From NCBI GenBank assembly GCA_040390445.1, contig JAZJYI010000008.1:551994-615993 (forward strand): a stretch of 64,000 nt of DNA. Direction: 5' to 3'. The notes under the pieces were generated by a model. The model had not been told where the DNA came from and made no database searches. It saw only the letters and a list, made by a program, of their open reading frames with translations. The stretch is from Bacteroidota bacterium (GTDB taxonomy: Bacteria > Bacteroidota > Bacteroidia > Sphingobacteriales > Sphingobacteriaceae). Of the stretch, positions 45,980 through 55,040 are shown piece after piece. The position numbers and the translations under genes were made by a program. The first letter of the stretch is position 1; every line of letters begins with the position of its first letter.

Positions 45980-47758
45980 ATGAAAAGAATATATAGCATA
46001 AAGGGCCCAAAACTTAAATGGTTTATGGCTTGCTTTTTCGTCCTGATGCTGGCATCGTGCAAGCTGAACGAAAAGGTTTATGATTTTGTTTCGCCTGAAC
46101 AGGTAGGCGACTCTGATGCTGCCGCTGATAAGTGGGCGCTTGGTACCTACAACGAGCTTAGCCTGATGTTCAGGTTTAGCGAGTTCCCTGCCGTATTGGA
46201 GTATGATGACGATTACACCACCGGCCCGTCATGGGCGTTTGGTGAACTGGGCGCAGGTAACTTTCAGGGTAACAGCAAACAAACCGATCCGTTATGGACG
46301 TATGGTTACGTGTTGGTGCACCGTGCAGACAGGGCTATCGTCAATATCGAAAAAATGACAAAAGCATCTGCCGAGTACAAAAGAAATGTACTGGGCGAAA
46401 TGTATTTCCTAAAAGCCTTCTCTTATTTCCTAATGGTAAGGGCTTATGGCGATATCCCATTATTTGACAAAGCGGTTGATGACGGTGCAGATATTAACCA
46501 GCCAAGGCGGCCTATAAAAGATGTGTACACAGAGATCATCAGTTTGCTGATGCAATCAAAAGATATGATGTACACCAACGCTAAAGCCGTTCCGGGCCGT
46601 GCAACAGCAGGGGCAGCAGCAGCATTATTGGCTAAAGTATATGTAACTATAGGTTCGGCATCATTACCATCAGGGCAGGTTATTGTACGCGGTGGTAAAC
46701 CGTTCGACCTGGTGAACAACGTACAGGTACGCACCATGCCAACTCCAATAACTTTTAATAAAAAACAGGTTAAGGGTTATGAGAGCTTCGACTCTAAGGC
46801 ATACTTTAAACTGGCTATGGATATGGCTAACGATGTAATAAGCGGTAAGTACGGCGCATACAAACTGGCCGACTTTGGTAACATGTGGACCGCCGCAGGT
46901 AAAAATAAGGACGAGCATATTTTTAGCGTACAAGGTTATATGGGCGATGCCGACCTGGGCAACCACCTAACCCGCGACTTTGCCGGTTTGGTTGCCAACA
47001 ACCAGGTTATAACAGGTATGTGGTATGGCCTGCGCGACCACTGGTACAAGCTTTTTGAACCACAGGACCTTCGTATTACCGATGGTGTAATGCACCGATG
47101 GTCAAGAAACTTTGACTTTGCTAACCACATTGGTACCTTTTATCCAAACAACGATGAGTACCGTAAAAAAGCACTGGGTTATGATGTGCAAACCGGTGTT
47201 GACGGCAGCGGTAACCCCATTATAGTTCACTACCCGGCTGTTGCCCCTTATAATGATGGGTTAAACTACGGTTCGGGTACTGATGCCAACTACATCGCAT
47301 TCCTGAACAAGTATGCTTACCCAACAGACCGCACCAAAGACCAAAGTGATGTAAACTATCCTTTCCTGCGGTTTGCCGATGTGAAATTGATTTATGCCGA
47401 AGCAGCTAACGAGTATAACGGCGGCCCCAATACTGATGCACTTACCGCACTTAATGATGTTAGGGGCAGGAGCAATGCCACGCCTAAGCAATTATCAGGC
47501 GATGGTAACGTAGGTACACAGGTTGCGTTCCGTTCTGCAGTAATTGAAGAGCGCGCATTGGAACTTGCTTTAGAGGGCGACCGTCGTTGGGACCTTATCC
47601 GTTGGGGAATATACCTTGATGTGATGAACGCTATACAAGGTAACGACGAAGTAGGCGTAACCAAGGTTAGGGCAGAGAGAAACTTGCTTTACCCGTTGCC
47701 TATAAGCGAAACAACTACCAATACCAGCATCCACGGTAATAACCCTGGTTGGAATTAA
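45980..47758 (+). CDS. susD: SusD/RagB surface lipoprotein
   Basis: Lipobox LASC; motifs FLKAFSYFLMVRAYGDIP, LRFADVKLIYAEA and ERALELALEGDRRWDLIR. Confidence 0.95.
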   Translation: MKRIYSIKGPKLKWFMACFFVLMLASCKLNEKVYDFVSPEQVGDSDAAADKWALGTYNELSLMFRFSEFPAVLEYDDDYTTGPSWAFGELGAGNFQGNSKQTDPLWTYGYVLVHRADRAIVNIEKMTKASAEYKRNVLGEMYFLKAFSYFLMVRAYGDIPLFDKAVDDGADINQPRRPIKDVYTEIISLLMQSKDMMYTNAKAVPGRATAGAAAALLAKVYVTIGSASLPSGQVIVRGGKPFDLVNNVQVRTMPTPITFNKKQVKGYESFDSKAYFKLAMDMANDVISGKYGAYKLADFGNMWTAAGKNKDEHIFSVQGYMGDADLGNHLTRDFAGLVANNQVITGMWYGLRDHWYKLFEPQDLRITDGVMHRWSRNFDFANHIGTFYPNNDEYRKKALGYDVQTGVDGSGNPIIVHYPAVAPYNDGLNYGSGTDANYIAFLNKYAYPTDRTKDQSDVNYPFLRFADVKLIYAEAANEYNGGPNTDALTALNDVRGRSNATPKQLSGDGNVGTQVAFRSAVIEERALELALEGDRRWDLIRWGIYLDVMNAIQGNDEVGVTKVRAERNLLYPLPISETTTNTSIHGNNPGWN

Positions 47759-47784
47759 CAGATCAATTTTTAATTAACAATATT

Positions 47785-48945
47785 ATGAAAGCGACTTATA
47801 ATGCAATGAAAATGTGCCTGGTGCTTTTAACGGTAGTGATGCTGTTTGGCTGTAATAAGGACATTGTAACATATGATAAGATCAAGAAAGAATCGGATGT
47901 ATCTACTGCTCCGCCTGCTATATCGGCCATAACCAAGGTAGACAGGACCACCGCGGTGACAGAGGCCGATCTGTCTCAGTTGGTAATGATACAGGGTACC
48001 AACTTAAGCGGTTTAAAATCAATTAAGTTTAATGATGTAGATGCCGATCTATCGCAGGCCTATGTAAAAGCAAAAGAGATAATTGTACCCGTGCCCCGTT
48101 TATTGCCCGGTACCGTTACTAATAAAGTAACGGTTACCACAGCATTAGGCGAAGCTACATATGACCTGAAGATCAACGTTCCGGCATTGCAGGTGAGCGG
48201 CTTGTTTAACGAGTTTGCATTACCCGGCGATACCACAACCATCGTGGGCGATAACTTTGATATTTACAAGCTAACCAAAGAGGATGCTAAAGTAAGCTTC
48301 GGCGGCACACAGGCTACGGTGTTGGCGGCAGATCAAAAATCACTTACCGTTATTGTGCCTGCAAGTATCCCTAAGGCCGAGGCTGTGGTTACTGTAATAA
48401 CCCCCGAATTACCTGATGGGTTAAAGATGAACTACCGCCACCTGGGGCAGGTTGTTAACATCCAGAATAAATTATGGGCTGGCGAAAGCTGGCAAACCAA
48501 TGGTACCAACCTTGGCGATCCAAAAGCTATCAACGGTATTTTCTCGCACATACATGGCGTAACGGTAGGTCAGTGGGGCTGGTACGATCAGATCTATGGC
48601 TGTAACTTCCCGGTAACCGATCCGGATATATTGGCACACCTTGATCAGTACGACCTGAAATATGAGTTAAATACCGAAAAGGACCACCCGCTTAGCCAGA
48701 TGTTTATCAAGTTCTCTATGCGTTTTTCTATTACCTACGAGTGGAACTTATACGACAGCGGCGTATCATTAAACACCTATGGTAACTGGCAAACCATTAC
48801 GCTTGATGCCAAAACCGTTATGGGCCAGCTGTTTCCAAATAATGATAACTTCTTTTACTTCGCTATTAATCCGGGGGTTCAAACCAACCTCGATTTCAGT
48901 ATTTCATCCATGAGATTGGTGAAAAAAGAGCCGATTGTAAAATAA
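47785..48945 (+). CDS. Surface glycan-binding lipoprotein with IPT/TIG domains
   Basis: Lipobox LFGC, two Ig-like/TIG segments and a Trp-rich C-terminal domain. Start is 47785 or 47806. Confidence 0.75.
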   Translation: MKATYNAMKMCLVLLTVVMLFGCNKDIVTYDKIKKESDVSTAPPAISAITKVDRTTAVTEADLSQLVMIQGTNLSGLKSIKFNDVDADLSQAYVKAKEIIVPVPRLLPGTVTNKVTVTTALGEATYDLKINVPALQVSGLFNEFALPGDTTTIVGDNFDIYKLTKEDAKVSFGGTQATVLAADQKSLTVIVPASIPKAEAVVTVITPELPDGLKMNYRHLGQVVNIQNKLWAGESWQTNGTNLGDPKAINGIFSHIHGVTVGQWGWYDQIYGCNFPVTDPDILAHLDQYDLKYELNTEKDHPLSQMFIKFSMRFSITYEWNLYDSGVSLNTYGNWQTITLDAKTVMGQLFPNNDNFFYFAINPGVQTNLDFSISSMRLVKKEPIVK

Positions 48946-48950
48946 TCGGT

Positions 48951-48980
48951 GAACGGCCCCTGGTGAGGTGGGGGCCGTTC
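48951..48980 (+). other. Intercistronic hairpin
   Basis: GAACGGCCCC pairs perfectly with GGGGCCGTTC. Confidence 0.6.
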
Positions 48981-48994
48981 TTAATACATCTGCT

Positions 48995-50122
48995 ATGAAT
49001 TTTAAAAATATAAGCGCGCTACTTACAGTAGCTGTGTTCGCAGCTTCTTGTGCCGTAGAAAAACCAAAAAGTAGCTACACTGTACATCCGGCAGATAGCC
49101 TGGCTACAGTAGCCACCGCTAACCTGTACCAAAACATGGCCGACGTTACCAAAAACGGTATCATGTTTGGCCAGCAGGATGCTGTATTGTATGGTTTAGG
49201 CTGGCGGGGAGATGCCAACCGCTCTGACGTGAAAAGCGTCTGCGGCGACCAGCCTGCAGTGTACGGATGGGAGATAGGCCGCATAGAGCATGGCGCAGCA
49301 TACAGTATCGATTCTGTGAATTTCGATTTAATGCGTAAGCGCATCATTGAAGCCTATAAGCGCGGTGGCATTAACACCATCAGCTGGCATGCAGATAACC
49401 CCGTAACCAATGGCGACGCATGGGATGTATCGCAAAAGGGCGTGGTAGCATCTGTTTTACCAGGCGGCGAAAAGCACGAACTATTTATGACCTGGCTGGA
49501 CAAGGTTGCCGGTTTCCTGAACTCGCTGGAAAGTGGGGGTAAAAAAATCCCTGTACTCTTCCGCCCGTTTCATGAACATACCGGCAGTTGGTTTTGGTGG
49601 GGCGAAAACCTTTGCACACCCGACGAATACAAAGCCATGGTACGCATGATGGTTGATCACTTCAGACAAAAAGGCCTGCACAACTTACTCTACATCTACT
49701 CACCCGATCAAACAGATCAGCCTGCCCGGTACTTTGAGCGTTACCCGGGCGATACTTACATAGACATGCTTGGTGTAGATTATTACCAGCAGCAGGGTGC
49801 TGCCGGCGCGCCGCAGTATATGCAAACCATGAACAGTATATTGGCCATGCTGGCCACCGAGGCAAAAAACAGGAACAAACTGCTTGTTTTTAGCGAAACC
49901 GGGCTGGAAGGCCTGCCCATGAATAACTGGTGGACGGATGTGCTTCTGAAAACTATTAAGCCATACCCGGTAACCTACGTAATGGTTTGGCGCAATGCTT
50001 ATGATAAGCCCGGTCACTTTTTTGGCCCGTATCCCGGGCATCCGTCGGCTAATAATTTTATCCAATTTTATAAGGACGGCAAAACCCTGTTTCAGGGCGA
50101 TATCAGCAAAATGTATAAATAA
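48995..50122 (+). CDS. GH26 beta-mannanase; lipoprotein
   Basis: Lipobox AASC; motifs TISWHADNP, FRPFHEHTGSWFWWG, YPGDTYIDMLGVDYY and FSETG. Confidence 0.9.
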   Translation: MNFKNISALLTVAVFAASCAVEKPKSSYTVHPADSLATVATANLYQNMADVTKNGIMFGQQDAVLYGLGWRGDANRSDVKSVCGDQPAVYGWEIGRIEHGAAYSIDSVNFDLMRKRIIEAYKRGGINTISWHADNPVTNGDAWDVSQKGVVASVLPGGEKHELFMTWLDKVAGFLNSLESGGKKIPVLFRPFHEHTGSWFWWGENLCTPDEYKAMVRMMVDHFRQKGLHNLLYIYSPDQTDQPARYFERYPGDTYIDMLGVDYYQQQGAAGAPQYMQTMNSILAMLATEAKNRNKLLVFSETGLEGLPMNNWWTDVLLKTIKPYPVTYVMVWRNAYDKPGHFFGPYPGHPSANNFIQFYKDGKTLFQGDISKMYK

Positions 50123-50163
50123 ACATTTGCTGCAAATACACAAAAATCTAACAATAAAATATA

Positions 50164-51699
50164 ATGAAAAAAGGTCTGTTACTATTCTCGCTATTGCTAA
50201 CCATGTTTACCGGTTACGCGAAAGACAACTATAACGTGCTTGATTATGGCGCAAAAAACGATGGTAAAACACTAACTACCGCCCAAATTCAAAAAGCTAT
50301 AAATACCTGCGCGGCCAATGGCGGTGGTATGGTTTACATCCCCAAAGGTGATTACCTGACCGGTACATTAAACCTTAAATCGAACGTTGATTTTCATTTT
50401 GAAACAGGGGCAAGGCTTGTAGCCACAACAGACCTTAAGCAATATCAAAAACATAACGATGAGCTTGCCGGTGTGTTTTATACCGAAAAGGCGCATGATG
50501 TATCTATCACCGGTAACGGTATCATTTTTGGCCAGGGCATGAAAATGATGTACATTGATAGTGCAAAGGTTATTGGCGATAAAGCTGACACCCGCCAAAA
50601 GAATAACTTTCGCAAAGTATCATCAGGTACCGGCGACGGGCCTTTTTACCCGAAAGACCGCTTTCACCAGATGGTGATATTTAGCGAGTGTACCAAAGTA
50701 ACCCTGAAAGATTTTACCTGTATTGATGCACCGTACTGGACGTTCCTGGTGGTGCATTGCGATGATGTAAAGGTGGATGGTTTACGTATTGATAATAACC
50801 TGAACATCCCAAACAGCGATGGCCTGGACGTAATATCAAGCAGTAACGTAAATATCTCTAACTGTTATTTCTCCTGCGGAGATGATGCCATTGTACTGGC
50901 AGGTTATGCCTGGCACTGGGGCGATCCGGGTTTTAAAAGGATCATGAAACGGTCAGAGAATATCAACGTAAGTAATTGTGTGCTGCGCTCACGTTCAAGC
51001 GGTATCCGTATTGGCGGCTGGGATCAGAACAATATGTATAACTACAACTTTAACAACATCACCATATTTGATTCAAACCGTGGTATTAACCTGGGTATAG
51101 GCGATTATGGCTCGATGGAGAACATCAACTTTACCAACATCAATATCCAAACCCGCCTGCACACCGGAGACTGGTGGGGCGAGGGCGACCCGATAAAAAT
51201 TACCGCCATGCGTGGTATGCCAAAAGGTAAGGTTGGTACTATTAAAAATGTTAACTTCACTAACGTGGTTATCCGCAGCGAAAACTGTATCAACATGTAC
51301 GCATCAAACGAAAGCCGCCTGGAAAATATATTTTTTACCAATGTGCAAATGGAGTTTGTAAAAAGCGCCCTGGAAGAAACCGTTGGCGGTAACCTTGATC
51401 TGCGGCCAAACACCGTGCCGCATAAAGAACTTTTTGCGCGCGATATCCCTGCAATTTATGTAGAGAATGCCAGCAACGTGTTCCTGAACCAGGTAGTGAT
51501 AAAATGGGATAAGGACATTAACAAAAAGCACTACACCAATGCTATTGAAGCTGTTGGTGTTGATAATTTACGCTTAACCAGTGTAAGGGGCAATGCCTCA
51601 CCGGCCAACCCCGGTATGGCAGATATATTGCTGAACAACTGCAAGGATTTTTATACCGACTCTAAACTAACCGTTAAAAAAATTGGTGATGAGAAATAA
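50164..51699 (+). CDS. GH28-like parallel beta-helix glycoside hydrolase
   Basis: Motifs YNVLDYGAKNDG, PNSDGLD, GDDAIVL and SGIRIG. Confidence 0.8.
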   Translation: MKKGLLLFSLLLTMFTGYAKDNYNVLDYGAKNDGKTLTTAQIQKAINTCAANGGGMVYIPKGDYLTGTLNLKSNVDFHFETGARLVATTDLKQYQKHNDELAGVFYTEKAHDVSITGNGIIFGQGMKMMYIDSAKVIGDKADTRQKNNFRKVSSGTGDGPFYPKDRFHQMVIFSECTKVTLKDFTCIDAPYWTFLVVHCDDVKVDGLRIDNNLNIPNSDGLDVISSSNVNISNCYFSCGDDAIVLAGYAWHWGDPGFKRIMKRSENINVSNCVLRSRSSGIRIGGWDQNNMYNYNFNNITIFDSNRGINLGIGDYGSMENINFTNINIQTRLHTGDWWGEGDPIKITAMRGMPKGKVGTIKNVNFTNVVIRSENCINMYASNESRLENIFFTNVQMEFVKSALEETVGGNLDLRPNTVPHKELFARDIPAIYVENASNVFLNQVVIKWDKDINKKHYTNAIEAVGVDNLRLTSVRGNASPANPGMADILLNNCKDFYTDSKLTVKKIGDEK

Positions 51700-53665
51700 G
51701 CTATATGTACTAATTGTTTTGCTATGCGCTATGCCGGCGCTGCTGCTGGCCCAGAAAAGCGCTAAGGTAACCTCGCCCGATGGCAGGCTGGTGATTGATG
51801 TGGCGTTAACCGCAACCTCGCCTGTTTATAAGGTGAGCTTTAAAAAGCAGCCTGTAATTAAATCATCCCCGCTTACGCTCTACTTTGATAATGGCGCCTG
51901 GGGCAAAAACCTTAAAATAAATAAGGTGGCCTATAATAAAGTTGATAGTTATTATGACCTGGTGGTTGGCAAGGCAAAACACATCCGTAATAATTATACG
52001 GAAGCGATTATCCCCTTTGAGGAAACCGCTAAGCCGTTCCGCAAGATAAACCTGGTGGTGCGTGCTTATAATGATGGTGTGGCATTCCGCTACGCCTTCC
52101 CGGAGCAGGCAGCCTGGAAGAATTATACCCTGTATGATGAGAATACCGCGTTCAACCTTGCCGGCGACCCAAAGGCGCTGGTATTGTTCCTGCCATCGTA
52201 CACCTCATCACACGAGGGGCCTTACACGCATAAACCATACTCGCAGCTTAAAGTGGATAGCCTGATGGATATGCCCGCCACGTTTGAATATCCGGGTAAT
52301 ATATACCTGGCTATAACTGAAGCCGAAGTGGTGAACTATGCAGGCATGTACCTGAGTAAGAACAGCGATGGCACCATGCGCGGTAAACTATCGCCTTTGC
52401 CGGGGCAGGATAAAGAAAAGGTAAAAGCTGTTTTACCACACGAGACGCCGTGGCGGGTGGCCATCATTAGCGACAGGGCAGGGGCATTGATAGAGTCGAA
52501 CATGCTGACTAACCTTAACGGACCATGTAAGATTGAAGACACCTCGTGGATAAAACCGGGCAAATCTACCTTCCCGTGGTGGAACGGTACTGTTGTGCCC
52601 GATACCACCTTTGCACCCGGCAATAACTTCGAAACCAATAAGTATTATATTGATTTTTGTGCCCGTAATGGCATCCAATACCATTCGGTAGTTGAATATG
52701 GCCAGCACGAATGGTATGTGAACGATGGCCCCGATTTTATGCCCGGCCCTAATGCTGATGCATCAAAATCGATAGCAAGCATTGATATGCAGCAGATCTG
52801 CGATTATGCTAAAAGCAAGGGCGTAGGCATCCGTGTTTGGGTACACTGGAAAGCACTTTACCCGGTATTGGAAAAAGCCTTTGCCCAGTACGAAAAGTGG
52901 GGCATCAGCGGCATGATGGTTGATTTTATGGATCGCGACGACCAGGAGATGATCAACATTCAGGAGGAGATCTTGCAAACCGCTGCAAAGCATCACCTGC
53001 ATATCCAGTTCCACGGCTCAAGTAAACCATCGGGCCTGCACCGCATGTATCCTAACGAGTTTACCCGCGAGGGCACCCGCAACTACGAGGTTTATAAATG
53101 GGATACTACCATAAACGCGAGCCATGATATTGCCATGCCGTTTACCCGCATGCTGGCCGGCGCTACCGATTATCATTTAGGTGGCTTCCGTTCGGTACCT
53201 CAATCAAAGTTTAAGATAAAGTACCGTAGTCCGCTGGTTACCAGTACACGTTGCCATATGCTGGCTATGTACGTGGTGTTAGAAAGCTACCTGGGCATGG
53301 TATGCGATTACCCGCAAGCCTATGAAGGCCAGCCCGGTTTTGATTTCCTTAAAGCTGTACCAACCAACTGGGACGAAACCCGTGTGCCGAACGCAGCCAT
53401 TGATGAATATGTAACCATTGCAAGGCGCAGTGGTGATAACTGGTATATCGGTTCTATCACCAACAATAAGCCACGTACCCATACCGTTAAGCTCGACTTT
53501 TTAGGAGAGGGGGAATACACGGCAGATATTTATACAGATGCTGCCGATACAGATACCAACCCAAACAACCTGAAAAAGGAAACCAGGACGGTAACCCGTA
53601 ATGATGTATTGGCCTTACCTGTTGCAGCCAACGGCGGCGCGGTAGTGAAGATCAGTAAAAAATAA
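51689..53665 (+). CDS. GH97 glycoside hydrolase, probably a retaining alpha-galactosidase
   Basis: Motifs VRAYNDGVAFRY, SWIKPGK, GMMVDFMDRDDQ, FHG, FTRMLAGATDY and ARRSGDNWYIG. Confidence 0.88.
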   Translation: MRNKLYVLIVLLCAMPALLLAQKSAKVTSPDGRLVIDVALTATSPVYKVSFKKQPVIKSSPLTLYFDNGAWGKNLKINKVAYNKVDSYYDLVVGKAKHIRNNYTEAIIPFEETAKPFRKINLVVRAYNDGVAFRYAFPEQAAWKNYTLYDENTAFNLAGDPKALVLFLPSYTSSHEGPYTHKPYSQLKVDSLMDMPATFEYPGNIYLAITEAEVVNYAGMYLSKNSDGTMRGKLSPLPGQDKEKVKAVLPHETPWRVAIISDRAGALIESNMLTNLNGPCKIEDTSWIKPGKSTFPWWNGTVVPDTTFAPGNNFETNKYYIDFCARNGIQYHSVVEYGQHEWYVNDGPDFMPGPNADASKSIASIDMQQICDYAKSKGVGIRVWVHWKALYPVLEKAFAQYEKWGISGMMVDFMDRDDQEMINIQEEILQTAAKHHLHIQFHGSSKPSGLHRMYPNEFTREGTRNYEVYKWDTTINASHDIAMPFTRMLAGATDYHLGGFRSVPQSKFKIKYRSPLVTSTRCHMLAMYVVLESYLGMVCDYPQAYEGQPGFDFLKAVPTNWDETRVPNAAIDEYVTIARRSGDNWYIGSITNNKPRTHTVKLDFLGEGEYTADIYTDAADTDTNPNNLKKETRTVTRNDVLALPVAANGGAVVKISKK

Positions 53666-53670
53666 AGATG

Positions 53671-53708
53671 CATCGGGAGGAAGCGGTTTTTTCGTTTCCT
53701 CCTCGATG
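53671..53708 (+). terminator. Hairpin at the end of the mannan PUL
   Basis: CATCG-GGAGGAAGCG pairs with CGTTTCCTCC-T-CGATG. Confidence 0.6.
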
Positions 53709-53753
53709 ATATCGTGTGCCCATAAGTTTTAAAATGCAGAAAGGCAATGACCC

Positions 53754-53812
53754 GTAGGTGCAACAGGCCGGTAGATGGTGGCACCCCATTTATTTTTGCT
53801 CTGTAGGTGCAA
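53754..53812 (+). repeat. Degenerate GTAG-type REP-like doublet
   Basis: GTAGGTGCAA occurs at 53754 and 53803, with a further GTAG at 53771. Confidence 0.4.
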
Positions 53813-53851
53813 TACATATATCCATTGTATTGATGTCATCACCAAAAATCC

Positions 53852-54208
53852 TTGTTCCAATCGGAACAAAATGGAACAAGTTATAAAAAACCAATTAATT
53901 GACAATCAGTAATTTAAGTATTGGTTGCTATGTGTCCTTTTATGCCATCCCGCGTCCCAAAAAGGCCGGACTAAGGTCGAAAAAAGACTAAAAAGATCGC
54001 ATTTTTGCCGCTGTTTTACTTGCTGTATTTTGTTCCATTTTCCAAAAAGTGGAACAAAAACGTAAAATTTATATATACCTATATATCAATATTTTAGGTG
54101 TCTAATCATGTAGTATTACTTTAGATAGAAGCAAAAAATAAAACAGATAATATATTGATTTGCAATATGTTCCATTTGTTCCACTTGTTCCGTTTTAAAG
54201 TAGAACAA
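53852..54208. repeat. Cluster of about nine TGTTCC/GGAACA hexamers in direct and inverted orientation
   Basis: Copies near 53852, 53863, 53873, 54030, 54051, 54168, 54176 and 54185, with a variant at 54202. Confidence 0.7.
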
Positions 54209-54221
54209 AACAAACCGCAGC

Positions 54222-54902
54222 TTACTTCTTTTGCAGCGCCTGTGCTATGGCTTTTTTAGCTAAAGTTTCCATTATTTTGTACCCGTCAAGGTTTGGGTGC
54301 ACCCCATCTTTTGATAAGGTTGTAGGTAACCCTCTTTTATCATCGGCCATGGCGGTAAAGTAATCCAGGTAAACAATGTTATTCTTTTTGGCGTAAGCCT
54401 GTATCATTTCGTTCAGGGCTTTAACTTTCTCTACCGGGTTAATAGCCGGGCGCCACGGAAATGCAGCCGCAGGCATTACTGATGATAGTACAACTTTAAT
54501 ATGGTTGGCTTTAGCCAGTTCGGCCATAGAGAAAATATTGCCTGCAACATCCTCCAGTTTTGACGGGCCGTTGTTTTCTGCTATATCGTTAATACCCGCC
54601 AAAATAACCACCACAGCAGGCTTTAAATTGATCACATCCTCGCGGAAACGAACCAGCATTTGCCCGGTGGTTTGGCCGCTTATGCCACGGTCGTAATAGT
54701 TATTGCTCTTAAAAAAAGTCGAATCGTTATTGATCCAGGCGTCTGTTATCGAATCGCCCATATAAACAACCCGTTTCTCGCCACTTGCGGGCGGTTTTAC
54801 GGCACTGTTGGCTTCTTCGTATCTCTTTATGTTTGGCCAGTCCTGCGCGCTGGCAGCAAGGCTTAATAAGAGTAATGCGGTAGTATAAATGGTGCTTTTC
54901 AT
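54222..54902 (-). CDS. SGNH/GDSL esterase, secreted
   Basis: Motifs YMGDSITD, RGISGQTT, LAGINDIA and DGVHP. Start placed at MKSTIY. Confidence 0.9.
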   Translation of the reverse strand: MKSTIYTTALLLLSLAASAQDWPNIKRYEEANSAVKPPASGEKRVVYMGDSITDAWINNDSTFFKSNNYYDRGISGQTTGQMLVRFREDVINLKPAVVVILAGINDIAENNGPSKLEDVAGNIFSMAELAKANHIKVVLSSVMPAAAFPWRPAINPVEKVKALNEMIQAYAKKNNIVYLDYFTAMADDKRGLPTTLSKDGVHPNLDGYKIMETLAKKAIAQALQKK

Positions 54903-55040
54903 AATGTGCAATTTATAAAAAAATACTTCCGGCACTAATTACAGCGTTATATTTTTTACAATAGGTTTTTTAACACGGGCACTAATTGGTTTGCATAAAC
55001 CTTTGTAATTGCTACTTTTAGCCATCTTATTTTACTACCT

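Noticed and set aside
53943-53952. TGCCATCCCG matching the 3' end of tRNA-Pro as a possible att site
   Set aside because: The match is only 10 bp and inverted relative to the tRNA, whereas att duplications are direct repeats. No integrase is present.
53852-54208. CRISPR array
   Set aside because: The repeats are only 6-7 bp, in mixed orientation and irregularly spaced, and there are no cas genes.
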